Positions 1-13,448 of a stretch of DNA of 64,000 bases are shown one piece after another. The stretch is from the human T2T-CHM13v2.0 reference genome, Homo sapiens. How positions within the stretch are numbered: the first letter of the stretch is position 1; each line of letters opens with the position of its first letter. The DNA lies in NCBI RefSeq assembly GCF_009914755.1, contig NC_060931.1; one strand, 5' to 3'. The position numbers were made by a program, and so were the translations under genes. The notes below the pieces were generated by a model. The model was not told where the DNA came from and did no database searches. It worked only from the letters and a program-made list of their open reading frames with translations.

Positions 1-314
1 GAGCAAATTCGTCCCATATCTTTCTCTGCCTTCCCATATTGCTTTTGTTGTTCCATAAACTGGCTAAATGGAATAGAAGATTTATTTAAAGTTCTATCTA
101 ATTTGAGATTTGTGTTATCTGTATTATTGATATTTGTGCTCAAAAAGATGCACTGTACTTTATGATTTTGAAGTAAAGCATGTTTTAGCATTTCTACTTA
201 AAATATCAGAACACTTCTTAGGCATTAAAATGACTAATGTGCATATGAATGCATAATAATTTGTTAAAAGTGAAATGTATAGATTAGTTTTACATAAGAC
301 TAGAAAAGGAAAGA

Positions 315-545
315 TACGTGTGTATATATAGACATATATGTACATATGCACCCCAAAGAATATCATATATTTGTGTGTGTACATTTTGTGTATATACCAA
401 TTATATATAATATGTAATAAATATATATTGTAAAATATCTAAATTGTAATATATGTATAATAATGTGTGTATGTATGCATACAAATAAGACAATTATGTA
501 TAGACACCTATATACACATATACACACAAATATAAAATACATTGG
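315..545. repeat. AT/TG-rich low-complexity tract
   Basis: Degenerate (TA)n/(TG)n/(CA)n runs. Confidence 0.7.
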
Positions 546-875
546 AAAGAAGTTATAAAATTCTTAAGCAACTTTATTTTTATGTTGTGGTTTTCAGTAA
601 TACATTGTCTCCTTCAGGGGAGCTCAAATTAAATATACAAATATTTCTTCAGTGCCTTATGTTTAATGGGTCTGTGCTAGGCACTAGACCGTTTTATATA
701 ACCTTGTATTATATGGTATAAACTGGGGCCATATATGTTATGTTAGAGCTCTTTATGTTTAGAGAATATAAGGTGAACAAGCTTCTAATCATGACTCTTG
801 TGTGGCAAGTTTGTGCTGTGGATTTATGCTATAGGTTGTTTATAATGGTTAAATAGATAAATTTTGAGGAAGTAG

Positions 876-1168
876 TTTTTTGTTTGTTTGCTTGTTTGTT
901 TTGAGATGGAGTCTCGCTCTGTCATCCTGGCTGGAGTGTGGTGGCGCCATCTTGGTTCACTGCAACCTCCGCCTCCTGGGTTCAAGCAATTCTGGTGCCT
1001 CAGGTTCCAGAGTAGCCTAGATTACAGGCACACGCCACCACGCCTGGCTAGTTTTTGTAGTTTAGTAGAGATGGGGTTTCGCCATGTTGGCCAGGCTGGC
1101 CTTGAACTCCTGGCCACAAATGATCCACTGCCTTGGCTTCCCAAAGGGCTGGGATTACGCACCCAGCC
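876..1168 (-). mobile_element. Alu (old AluJb/Sz-like), ~14-nt internal deletion near its 5' end
   Basis: GAGATGGAGTCTCGCTCTG...GGGATTAC^GCACCCAGCC; degenerate TSD GAGGAAGTAGTTTTT (866-880) / GAGAAGGTAGTATTT (1170-1184). Confidence 0.95.
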
Positions 1169-1864
1169 AGAGAAGGTAGTATTTAATGATTACACAAAGT
1201 ATAACTTACTGGCTTGTTTAAGAGAGACAAAATTTCAATTTGTTTTAGGAAGTCACTTATGAAAATGCTAACAGGTGGCCCAGTGGAAGGCTGCCCATAG
1301 TTTAAGAAAGAGTAGAGCTTGGGTTTTAGTAAAAGCCAAGTCCAGAGGAGATGGCCTTTGCCAGCCCCAGGAGAGTAACAGAGTTTAGCAGTGGGATTCC
1401 GGACTCAGGCACAATACCATAGCTAAAAGAGAACTCCTTCCAGTTTGGGAAGCAGATTCAAATTAGAAAACGAAAGACAATTGACTGAGAATTGGTGAAA
1501 GGAGAAGATTTGGAATAGGCCAATAAATATTGCAGGGTATTCCTATCAGATCTGAAGGATTATAATAAGGCAGTCTCCTGTGTAGCCATCTCTTCTCTTA
1601 GCATCTGCATGGAACATGGATCACCCCCCACCTCCATCTCCTTTTTTGGACTGCCCTGGATATACAAGAGATGTCCCCAGAAACTGTGGTTGTCTAATGA
1701 GACTTGTCCCCTTGACCATAGCTTTTCAATCCAAGTGTGGACTCCTAACCCAGGGTGAGTTAACCAGATTGACTTTCCTAGGAATGTAGAGATTGGACCT
1801 GAGCACCACTGGAACAGAAGCCATCTACTTTGTGATGGTGTCTTGATAAGTACTGTTCAGGCAG

Positions 1865-2050
1865 TCCTGAGCTCAAATACTAATTCCAGCATATATTGAG
1901 AAGGATACGTTACCAATTGGAGTCTCACTTTTCCTATTTATAAATGGTTATAACAATATATCCCTTATAATTTTGTTGTGAGAAAATGAAATACAATATA
2001 CATAAATGCTTAATGAATGGCAGTAGTACGTGCTCAGTGAGTGTTAGTTT
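1865..2050 (+). mobile_element. MIR
   Basis: Core-like GTCTCACTTTTCCTATTTATAAATGG...TTGTTGTGAGAAAATGAAAT...TGCTCAGTGAGTGTTAG. Confidence 0.7.
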
Positions 2051-2091
2051 CCTTTCAATGTATTATCCTATCGTAAGAGACTTGAAGTTTC

Positions 2092-2150
2092 TTTTTTTTT
2101 TTTTCTTTCGCTCTGTCGCCCAGGCTGGAGTGCAGTGGCATGATCTCGGC
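2092..2150 (-). mobile_element. Extremely 5'-truncated Alu (~45 nt plus poly-T)
   Basis: TCGCTCTGTCGCCCAGGCTGGAGTGCAGTGGCATGATCTCGGC; 13/17 TSD at 2076-2092 / 2151-2167. Confidence 0.85.
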
Positions 2151-3879
2151 AGAGCAGTGAGGTTTCTTAAATTACTCTGGCAGTTTGGGCCTTGGCTATA
2201 GTCTCTTAAAGCCAAAAATAAACTTTTTTTATAATGCAAGAAAAGTAAGATGTTGCAATTAATTTTAGCAGTTGAATTTCCTTTATTTTGCTAAGATGGG
2301 ACTCAATTGAAGAGAGGACAGTCCTTGAATATGAAAAAACGTGATGGCATCTGTGTGTAGGATGCTTTATAATAGCACAACAATTGAAAGAGTTTGTGCC
2401 AGACTCAGAATCCAGTGAGAAATGAACATTATTTGATTTCATGTAAACACAAGCATCTGAGCATCATGCTCTAGATTTTAGCACCTGAGCAACATATGCC
2501 TTAGTTACTAAACTGTTACTCAGCCTTCCTTTCTTATTAATTTCTGAAAGTGGAGCCAGCATTACCTAAAAAAGAAGTCAGGGGGGCCCAGAATTACAGC
2601 AAAAATATCAATGAGGGAGGATAATAAAAACTAGCAATAGATCTAAAGTGTACCTGAAATGTCAGGAAAGCAAGTTAATATAAACTGGAGACAGAGGTCA
2701 GAACTTTTGGTATAATACGTCTCTGTAGTCCTTTCACCAAAATTTTGATCTCAATTTACACAAACATACTCTTTAATCTTTTTCATTAGTGAAAGGACAA
2801 AGTTCATCGCATACAGACTCTACAGTCTCAAATATATAGTGATTCTCTAATCTTCCCAATGACAATATTGCCCCCTAAAGATTTTTGGCTAACATGAGGA
2901 GTGAAGAGAGATAAGCCTTTTGTCTCTGAGATATGACCCTGGGAAGTTCCCCCTATTCTCCTTTTCGTGAACTGACATAAAAGCCTGGGCTGACATTTCA
3001 ACAATGGTATGCAAAGGGCTAACAGTAAATATTTGGGCTTGGCTGGCTATGTGGTGGTCTAAGGAAACAATTCAAGGCTATTTCCTGACTCGGGGAGCTT
3101 TCATTATATTGTTTCACAGAAGACTGGATGATCCCCCTCTTGGGCTATAAATATAACTATATGATGCCATACATGAATATATGAAGTTCAACAGGGATAG
3201 GGTTTCCACAATGGGAGGGCTCTTCACAGATACCCTATTCTGATCACAAAGGCATGACTGCCTCTCATGGAGTGACAATGGGGTTTTGGGATCCTGCACT
3301 CTTTGTCGTTCCTTCAGTTGTATGTTGTCATCGATAGATCTCATTGCTAAACTATGTGTCACTAGTACTGTAGGTCACCTTACACCTTGCGTGACAAATA
3401 GGTAAAGTCTCAGGCATATAGATGACATAGTCAAATGTCTACTTATATTTAATGTTTAAATTTAGTTACCCATGTTTAAGGTAATATAATAATTCAGAAA
3501 TATCCTTTAGCCTAATATTTGGGGAATAGTTGTAGTCAAACTCTGCCATTGCAGTTTTGAAAGCAGCTCCTTTGCCATCATGACAGTGGCATTTTGAACC
3601 ATCTAACACAATTGTTTCCATGCCACTTTATCTAGCTGTCTAGAGTGAGTTACTGCAATTTTAATATCTGTATATGGAGCTGTTATTGGAAATTTTTTAT
3701 CAAGCTCCAGCTTTAGGACATTTGGGTTTTAATTCATTCTGAGTGTATATTTATGTGATCTCTATTGCTTTCCAACAGATCTTTAAAAGCCTTGTTTAAA
3801 ATGACAACTGCAGTAGAAACAGCTAGGTTCCACAAACAATTGTGTGCTATCTTACACTGTTTAGAATTTTTACTAGAAA

Positions 3880-4412
3880 GTAGCTTCCTAGCCAAACTAC
3901 ATTTTCCAAGCCCATTCCAACTAGTTGGTCCTAGGTGACTAGTTCTGCCAGTGAAATATTAGCAGAAGCAAAGCGCATCGCTTCTGGGATAGGACTCAGA
4001 GAGGATCTGCCTTTACCACATTATCTTTCCCCACTTGTGGGCTGGTTGGCAACTGTTTTATGTAAAGAACCAGATAGTAAATATTTTAAGTATGGCTGGC
4101 TATGTGGTCTCTGTTGCAACTACTCCACTCTGCAATTGCATCATGGAAGCAAACGCAGGCAACACATAGACAAAAGGATTTGGCTGTGTTCTACGGGCTG
4201 TACTTTGCTGAACCTTGCTCTAGAGGTTTGTCATGGAACTAAATTAAAAAAAAATCTGGGTGCTTGAATTACTGCTGGAGGAACATCTCTGGACATCTAG
4301 AAGTGACTACAGTTTGTTATTAACTTAGCAAGACCTAAACATTCGTTGTTTTAAACAATGAATATTTGGGGATTTGGAAATATATTTGTTCCAGAATCTA
4401 GTATTGCCCTAA
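3880..4412 (+). mobile_element. MLT1 (I/J-like) MaLR LTR interrupted by MER58A
   Basis: ACTACATTTTCCAAGCCC...GTGACTAGTTCTGCCAGTGAAAT...TTGTTTTAAACAATGAATATTTGGGG. Confidence 0.6.
4040..4217 (+). mobile_element. MER58A (hAT-Charlie)
   Basis: CCAGATAGTAAATATTTTAAG...GGTCTCTGTTGCAACTACTCCACTCTGC...GGCTGTGTTC...TTTGCTGAACCTTG. Confidence 0.8.
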
Positions 4413-4859
4413 TACCAAATCCAACAGAAGACTTGGAGATATGTCTACAGGAATTATTACCAAACGTGAATTGTATTTTTTGTTAGCTAAAAAACAAACC
4501 AACCAGATTCTATCTATTTTCAGTGCTCAAAACTGGAACATTGTTTTAGACTAATATATTTTCTCCAAACTGCGTTTACTGTTCAAAATAAAGTAAATGA
4601 CAGTGTCCTCTGTAATGTAATAAATCTTTTTAAAACTCAAATATAAGGTGACTTTTTTTTTCTGAGGGATAATTTTAGGGAAAAGTTCATTTTATATTGT
4701 AAAAGGGGTTGCTGATTACTTTTGCAGCTTTTTTTGGCACCAGGTGTTGGGAACTAAAGAATGCAATGTCAGGGAGAATTGTGTCAAAGTTTGGGTGAAA
4801 TTGAATCATTTCCCTTTCTCAATAAGAATCTGTGTTTTATAATGGAAAGGACATAAACT

Positions 4860-5015
4860 TCAAATTTGGATACATTTTGGTCAAATATTTGGCCCACCTT
4901 TTGACAATTAATTTAACCTCTCTTAGCTCAAGTGTTTACTTAGAAGTGAATAATCTAATCTTATGGAAATGCTTTGAATATTAAATGAGGTCATGTGCAC
5001 ATAGTGCTTAGTTAA
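4860..5015 (+). mobile_element. MIR fragment
   Basis: TTTAACCTCTCTTAGCTCAAGTG...ATTAAATGAGGTCATGTGCACATAGTGCTTAG. Confidence 0.6.
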
Positions 5016-5179
5016 CTCTTGTTTCCCTCCAAAAGAAATCCAGTTTCTTATTTTCCACCTGAATTAGGTAATATACCTTGCTGTATGTTTCTGTAGTAAA
5101 CCAGACATAATGGAACATTTAAAAAAATCTTACCACCCAAAAAATAAAATAAAATTATAAGATGAGCTACAAAGTAAGA

Positions 5180-5850
5180 TAAAATACATTCAAAATGAGC
5201 AAGCGAGCCATAGACTGAGAGAAAAATATTCAATGTGCATATATCTGACAGGGGCTTATGTCCAGAATAAAAATATAACTCCTACAGTGAATGCTAAGAG
5301 GACAAACAAAACAAATACAAATAGGCAAAGACTTGAACACACTTCACAAAATAATACAAATGATCAACAAGCATATGGAAAAGGGCTTAGTAAGTTGTCA
5401 AAAAACATCCATAAGAAGGACTAAAGTTACTGAAAACACCTAGTGTTGCTGAGGCTGTGGCATCATTTTGGTGGAAATGGGAAACGGTACTTTGGAAAAC
5501 TTAGCAATAAAAAGGAACAAACTACTGACACATGCAATAATGTAAAGAAATAATACAATTATGCTGAGCAAGAGAAACTAAAAGCAAAGGAGTTCCAAAT
5601 ACATGATTTAATTTATATGAAGTTCTAGGGCAGGTAAAATTCATTTATGGAAATAGAAATCAGAACAGTGGTTTCCTCTGGTAGGAGAGATCAAGTGGAA
5701 AAGGACCAGAGAAACATTTTTGAGTAATGGAACTGTCCCGTTTCTTGATTGCTGTGTTGGTTGTATGAGTACATATATTCATCAAAACTCACCAAGCTGC
5801 ACTCTCAAGATTTATGCTTTTTAGCATATGTAAATATTACTTGATAAAAG
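5180..5850 (+). mobile_element. L1ME/MC 3' fragment
   Basis: AGACTGAGAGAAAAATATT, ATCTGACAGGGGCTT, AAATCAGAACAGTGGTT, CATCAAAACTCACCAAGCTG: L1M 3' UTR motifs. Confidence 0.8.
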
Positions 5851-6590
5851 TGTATTACACAAAGAACATGAATAATTTAGACAATTTTTCCCTTATAACT
5901 ATGAACTTAACACATCGTAGATACGCATAAAATCTTGTACAGATGATCATTTTCAAGTCTGATTCAGTTACGGTATTCTAGATTTGTTCTTTTCTCCTAA
6001 AATGAATTTCATTGCTTATTCTTTCGTTATGTTGCTACTTTCATTTATGATTAGATTAACTGGTTCCCAATAAAATCTAAAAACTGCATCTTATTTGTTT
6101 AAGACATTAATTTTCATTATTTGAAATGCATCATTTTATAATACATATTAAATATGTATACATTTCACTATTTTTATTAAAAATCTGTATTTGTAAAGTG
6201 TTTTCCAAATCATGTAAAAATGTGCAGTACATTTTCAGTATTCTGCAAATCATTGACAAATATGCAATTATATAAAATTTACAGATCTGATGTTAAGGAA
6301 AGAAGGTAGCTGAAATGAACGCATTAGTTAAGGACTATAATCTTCAAATCAAAGAGTCACTGAGGGGATAAAAATGACTAGGAAAGGATCCCTGCTGTTA
6401 TTTACTTTGAATACTTTCATAATGTTTAATCTCATATTGCCAAACAGAATACCTTATATTCATTTTTTAACCAAAATTTCCTGTTTTGATGGTGATAATA
6501 AACATATAAACTAAGAACTAGATATATTCTCATTTAGGATTAAAGCCTTTGGCCTTTTGAACAGTATCTTGGTAACTTTTGGTATAGTCT

Positions 6591-7150
6591 TGTGGTGGGT
6601 AATTTTATGTGTCAACATGACTGAGTAAAGCAATGCCCAGGTACCTGCAAAAACAGTATTTCCGGGTGTGTCTGTGAGGGTGTTTTTATAAATTAGCATT
6701 TGAATCAGCAGACTGAATATAGAAGATTTACCCTCACCGATGTGATGTGGTGGGCATTATTCACTCTGTTGAGAGCCCAGATAGAACAAAAAGGCAGAAG
6801 GAAGAGTGTATTTTCTCTCCCTGCTTGATTTGGAACATCTATCTTTTCCTGTCCTAAGACATCAGAACTCCCGGTTCTTGGGCCTTTGGCCTCTGGGTCT
6901 GACACCTGCAGCCCCCCATGTTTCACCCTTCTCCAGCTTCAGACTGGAAGTTACATCATCATCAACTCCCCAGTTCTCAGGCTTTCAGTCTCTGACTGAA
7001 TTACACCACCAGCTTCTTGGTTTTTCCTCCAGCTTGCAGATGGCATGTTGTGGAACTTCTTGGCCTTCATAATCATATGAACAAATTCCCATCATCTCTT
7101 CATATATATATTCTCTTGGTTCTGTTTCTCTAGAGGACACTGATTAACAT
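6591..7150 (+). mobile_element. MLT2 (ERVL) solo LTR
   Basis: Starts TGTGGTGGGTAATTTTATGTGTCAAC; GGGTGTGTCTGTGAGGGTGTTT; ends TTGGTTCTGTTTCTCTAGAGGACACTGATTAACA. Confidence 0.9.
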
Positions 7151-7454
7151 AGTTTTATCTGTCAGCCATGCCTCATGCATACAAAGAAGACACCTATTAG
7201 ATATGTGTTAAATGAACAAAGAAGTAAATGCTTCTTCCGATTCCTTGTAACCTTAACTGTCTCAGCACCCACACTCTTCTGGGCTTGCCTGACCTGCAGT
7301 GAGGTGCTATGCTTCCTTAAACCACTATCTTGATATGGTGTAATGTGGGGGAAACAGAGTTCATTTACTCTGTCTCCAACTTTTCTGGTCTTCATAATTG
7401 TTCACCCTCTAAGAATGAGGGGAAATTAATTTTTAGGTAAGTTAGGTTTAAAAC

Positions 7455-7859
7455 TGATATGGTTGGATCTGTGTTCATGCCCAAATCTCATGTCGAATTG
7501 TAATCCCCAGTGTTGGAGGTAGGACCTGGTGGGAGATGACTGGATAATGGGGGCAGAGTTCTTATGAATGGTTTAGCACCATTCCCCCTTGGTACAATAG
7601 GGTGAATGAGTTCTCACAACATCTGGTTGTTTAAAAGTGTGTGACACCATTCACTGTCCCCCTTCCTGTTCCTGACTGTGTGAAGTGTTGGCTTCTCCTT
7701 TATTTTCCACCATGATTTTAAGTTTCCTGAGGTCTCTCCAGAAACCATGCAGATGCCACCATGCTTCCTGTACAGCCTGTGGAACTATGCGTCAATTAAA
7801 CCTCTTTATAAATTACCCAGTCTCAGGTATTTATAGCAACGTGAGAATGGACTAATACA
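7455..7859 (+). mobile_element. MSTA MaLR solo LTR
   Basis: TGATATGGTTGGATCTGTG...CCAAATCTCATGTCGAATTGTAATCCCCAG...GGACTAATACA; TSD AAAAC/ACAAC. Confidence 0.9.
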
Positions 7860-8859
7860 ACAACCTATCTTGATGCAATAATTTAGAGAGTACTTTTAGG
7901 ATGGAGATTCAAAATATTTAATGATTATTATTGCACTGACCTGAACTAATAAGAGGGTCTTCCTGAATCAACAGAAGAGATGCTCATCCTCAACAGCCGT
8001 GTAGCTGCAATAAGTTAGGGAGGGGAGGGACAACTGAACACCGCTCCTGTCTTTCAATGGTGTTCACTGTCTTTACGTAAAAATATTTAGGTTCTCAGAT
8101 TTCTATCACCATCCTTCTGCTCTCCACGATGGCATTTTGTATTTGGGTTGTATGGAGAAGGTTGGGGAATCTAGGAGCTTACATTACATTGTGATGTCAG
8201 AGTAAATGGGCACCATGGACCACATGCTGGTTCTTGATAAAAATGAATTTTCTGGGTTTTTAGCTGGTGTCTTTGAGTTGGGATAATTTTTCTTGGATTA
8301 TTCAGGAATCAGTGGTCTTCTGCTGATTCAGCAATTCAGCATTGCCTCAACGTTGATAGTGAGGACCCTCTCCAAGTTCTGTTTCTTCTTTGGCCAGGTA
8401 GGGCCGCTCTGTCAAGGTCCTCAGCCACACTTGCACAGATTTCTGGTCTTATTCACATATTATGGTAACAAAAGACAACTTGGGTTCCCTTTGGATAAAT
8501 AAAAGTTTTCAGCAGCATCCTTTGATGGGTGGTACCAGAGTAGGTTGGAGAGCAATGGCCCTCCATGCCTGTGTGTTTGGAGCAACCGAAATGGACCAAG
8601 GAAAAAGCTTTTTGCCTTTGCAGTTCTTCTCAAATATCTGAATGTTTCTCAAGTCATCCCTTTCTCTCAAGGCTGGAGGAAGTAAAACAAGGAGAAAATG
8701 AGACCCTGTGTGCCTTTCTTTCTCTGTCTCCCCTCTTCAGTTTCCCTCCTTTCCCTTACTTTTCCAGAACCACATTTGACTAGCTCGTCTTTTGTTTCCA
8801 ATTGTTCCTCCTATTTCTAACTTCAGCCTTACGGTTAATCAATCATGCAAGGAAGTTTA

Positions 8860-9369
<510 letters not shown>

Positions 9370-9549
9370 TTAAAATTATCCTTCTCTAGAGTCATTTTAG
9401 ATTCTTTTTCCCCTGATCCGGTTTCCTTTCTAAGGTTAGTGTCTCCCCTTGTAGTCCAGATCCCATCCTTCCTTGCATACCCATGGACATGACACTTTCT
9501 ATTCTCTCCTCTCTTTCTTACATCATTAATTTTTGTGTTTAGTGGAAAA

Positions 9550-11635
9550 TTCAAATCAACATATAAACATAAGGTTAACTTCTGATCTTTACAAATCCTT
9601 CTCTTAACCCCAGTTTCTCCTGCCAGTGCCTCATTCCTTTGTTTCAGCAAAACATTTTCAAAGGGCTCTATGTTCTCTGTATCTCCAGTTTCCCACTCCT
9701 TTGTTTTCTCTCAACCCAAATCGGACATTGTCTCTACTTCTTCACTGAACATTCTGTTTCTTTTAACTGGAAAATCTCTTTCTAATATCTCCAGTGACTT
9801 TCTTCTCACCAAATTCAATTGTCAAATGATCAGTTTTCCCTGCAATTCACTGATTGGTCCTTTTCAGGCTTTTTTTTTTTTTTTTTTTTTTTAAATTGGA
9901 TCTTCCCTTTCTTGCTGACCTTTTACTATTGGGCTCAACTTCTAATCTTCTTCTCCTGTCTATACTTACTCCTTTGGTGATCTCATCCAATCTCATCTCT
10001 TAAGCCATCTATATCACAGTAAGTCCCTAAGTTATATTTTAAACCTGGATCTCTATAATTAGCTCAACACTTAGGTATCCAAACTTGAATATCTAAGCTT
10101 AATGTCTCCATTAGGTGAAATCCCAAACCTGCTCCATCCACAGCCCATGTGATGACAACTCCATCCTGCCTTATGCTCAGGCCAGAACCTTGGCATCTGC
10201 CCATGATTCTTCTCTTCTCTGACATACAATGTTCTCTCTCCTAGGAAACCCTGTTGGCTTTACCTCCAGCATAAATATAGAGTCAGTCACTTCTCAGTCA
10301 TCTTATCTGAGATTATTGCAAAAGTCTTTTGACTTATACTCTTATTTCCCTTTTTTACCTATGATAGCCTGTTCTCAGGTACATCACCAGAGTGATTATT
10401 TAAAATGTAAATCATGTTACTTCCATGCTCAATATTCTGTAAAGTCCCCCATTTGAGAGTTAAAAGTGAAATTCTTGGGCCAGGCATGGTGGCTCGCGCC
10501 TGTAATCCCAGCACTTTGGGAGGCCGAGACAGGTGGATCACGAGGTCAGGAGTTCAAGACCCGCCTGGCCAAGAAGGTGACACCCCATCTCTCCTAAAAA
10601 TACAAAAGTTAGCCAGTCATGGTGGTGGGCACCTGTAATCCCAGCTACTCAGGAGGCTGAGTCAGAGAATTGCTTAAACCCGGGAGGCGGAGGTTGCAGT
10701 GAGCTGAGATTGTGCCACTGCACTCCAGCCTGGGTGACAGAGCGAGACTCTGTCTCAAAAAAAAAAAAAAAAAAAGTGAAATTCTTAGAGTGGACAATAA
10801 TCCCTTCTCTGACCTGAACTCTGGTGTCTCTGATCTTGACTCTTCCTCACCTCCCCTCATGCCGTTTGTCCTAGCTACATGGCCTCTTTGGAAGCTCCTC
10901 AAACAAGCCAAACACTCTCTTGCCTTATGACTTTTGTTTGGCTATTTTTTGTGCCTAAAAATATCTTTTCTCAAATATCTGCATGGATAACTCCCTCGAC
11001 TTCAAATCTTTTTTCCTAAGTCACTTGAAAATTGCAGCCTGCATTGACCATCCTACTTAAAATTGCAACCTGCTCACCACTCAGTGCCCCTCTGCTCCTA
11101 ATACCCCTTCCACTAGTATTTACTTTTTCATTACATTTTTTACCTTCTAACATATTATGACAAAGACCCTCAGTGCTCATTAACTAGGTGCTACTATAGA
11201 TTTTCCAGCTCTTATTGTATTAGCATAGGGGCATGCAACCACATTTGGCCAATCAAATGTAATCAGAAATAAGATGTGTTATTTCTTAGCTGAGGGAGTT
11301 TTTGCCGCCTCTATTTTTATCTCCTTTTGCCTCTCAGCACAGTGACTTCAGATGTCACTTTTTCAGATGATACATTCACAAGACGGATGCAGGAACCCAG
11401 CATATAACAGACTGTGCTGAGGGAAAGTAAACCTTTATGGTTATATGAGTAACTATATTAAAACAATTCTACAGCATATTTATTATGTTTATTTTTATTG
11501 TCTCAGCTAGAATATTAAGTACCATTATGATGAGCATTTTTCTTTCTTTTGTTTATTGGTTTAGCCTAAGTGCCTAGATCAGTGCCTGGCACATAGTGGA
11601 CACTCAATTAGTATTTGCAGGATGAATGAATGAGC
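9550..11635 (+). mobile_element. L2 3' region, interrupted by an Alu (10478) and an MLT1-like fragment (~11190-11460)
   Basis: CTTTGGTGATCTCATCCA, GCTCAGGCCAGAACCTTGG; L2 terminus CAGTGCCTGGCACATAGT...GATGAATGAATGA. Confidence 0.8.
10478..10775 (+). mobile_element. AluSg-family
   Basis: GGATCACGAGGTCAGGAGTTC; perfect 15-bp TSD AAAAGTGAAATTCTT (10462-10476 / 10772-10786). Confidence 0.97.
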
Positions 11636-11984
11636 TGGAAAAAGTGTATTTTTTGCATTTCTCTCCCTGGCTCTGACAAGCTCTCTGTGTCTTTTTTCCC
11701 CTTAGCTCATGTGGTTTTATTTAATGTAGTCATTTGATTAAGTCAGAGAGGATCCTCTTCTGGAGGAGATTAGGATATTTGCAATGGGATGTAGAGGTGA
11801 AGGAATCCATAGGTAATTTTACCTTTCTCTCTCTCTTCCCTTCACACAAAGTAAGCAGCTCTCATCACACTGTCGATAGGGTTGTTTGGAATGGGGCCAC
11901 AACAGACCTTCCACTGCTGAACTAACTACAGATCAACACCCAGGAGAATTTCATACTCCAAACTAAATCATTTTCTTGCAGCAA

Positions 11985-12280
11985 ATCCCGATTCCCTACT
12001 TGTAGCATTGTACACCTAGGCGAAATGAAATGCACGTTTGAAATTCTATCACAACAGCAGCACAAGGTTTATTGGAAAGCCTCCCCCGCAGTTGCATGAA
12101 CTTGTTGGCTCGCTGTGAGGGGCACTGCCTGCTGCATCAGCTTCGCTTCCAGCCGCGACACAGCTGCTGTGTCCTTCCAACTTCCACACTTTGGCGTCTG
12201 GCAGCCTGCAGTGTGGGAAGTTGACTTGAGTTTTAGGCTGTTACTGTGGGTAGTTTCTAGTAACTATTCAACTCGAGAGA
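11985..12280. promoter_or_regulatory. Candidate enhancer/promoter (CpG-retaining unique DNA)
   Basis: 10 CpGs in ~290 bp of non-repeat DNA; E-box CAGCTG at 12161-12166. Confidence 0.35.
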
Positions 12281-13389
12281 CTGAGATCTTTGTGATACCA
12301 TTAGACAACAAAGCATCCCTAACCTTCTGTTTCCTTAATGATGTGAACTTTCCTGCAAAAAGGTGTATACTCTCAGGGCCATGATGAGTAGTAGTGATAC
12401 TTTTTCCTATATTTGTATAATACATGATGAAACACTTTCACATGGATTATCACTTTTGGTCCTTGGACCAGGGCCTAGCACAGTGCCTGCAATATAGTAA
12501 ATGCATATATATTTGTTGAAGACATGAATAACAAATAAGAGGCTTTTAAACAGTAACTGTAAACACAGAATGAAAGGAAAACGCAAAGACACCTTTAGCC
12601 TTCAGATCTTCTGCTTCATTATGCGAGCCCTGATAAAATGATTGGGAAGGATTATAGGTATGTACAGTGGGTTCAATAGCATTTAGAGGCATTTTTGTTA
12701 TTGTTATTGCTGCGGTTGTTTCTTCTCTTAGAAGACAGAAGTCATTTTGGAGCAGAATTACTTTGCTCTGGGAAGCATCCCTCGAGTGGACCGTGTTAGT
12801 TATATAAGAAAGAAACAACATTGCTTTGAAGGAATGATAGAATATTACCTTTTTCTTTGTTTTGACCTGATGCTTACTGCCTTTTCCAATTGCTCTATGT
12901 ATTTAAAGCTTCTCCTTTGGGAGAAAGTAAACCAATTTGTTCCTAAACGGAAGAGAATTGAGCCCTCCAGTCTTTCTTTTTTGAGATTCACTGCATTTAG
13001 CCACTGCTGAAGAGATGTTTCCAGCCTAAGGCTGATGATGCTGGGGAAAGTATAGGAGGCCCTCAAGAGGGAGCTCACGGTGAAGGCAGAGTGCAGCCTT
13101 CTACACTGGTTACCTGGGTCTCAACATTCAGACCTAGCCTGTCTTGAGGGCAGAAGCCCCTGCAATCCCAGCCCCCTGGCATGGAGGAGGGAAGCTTTGG
13201 AAACTAGGTAAATTTAAACTAAACTAGTGTTGCCTTGGGAAGCAAAGTATAAAACAACAGCGAGCCCAGCAGTCTAATACCTATCCATTGGAAACTGTGC
13301 TCCTTACTCCAGTTAACAGAAGGCTAACCCCAGATCTGATAGAAACGCAGGCTGAGATTGCAGAGAAAATATCATTACATGTGCATGAT

Positions 13390-13448
13390 GGGAACCTTTC
13401 CAGCAAAGTGCTTTTCAGGGTTTCCCAGTGTAGAAAGTGGGATTTCAC
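13390..13448. promoter_or_regulatory. Cluster of three NF-kB-like sites
   Basis: GGGAACCTTTCC 13390, AGGGTTTCCC 13417, GGGATTTCAC 13439. Confidence 0.35.

Noticed and set aside
7430-8403. Recursive-splice-like AG|GT sites (7436 TAG|GTAAGT, 8397 CAG|GTAGGG; also 40553, 53493)
   Set aside because: Expected by chance at this frequency; no host transcript known
12110-12128. CTCF-like GAGGGGCACTG (similar at ~11083 and ~26510)
   Set aside because: Core CC..AG positions mismatch
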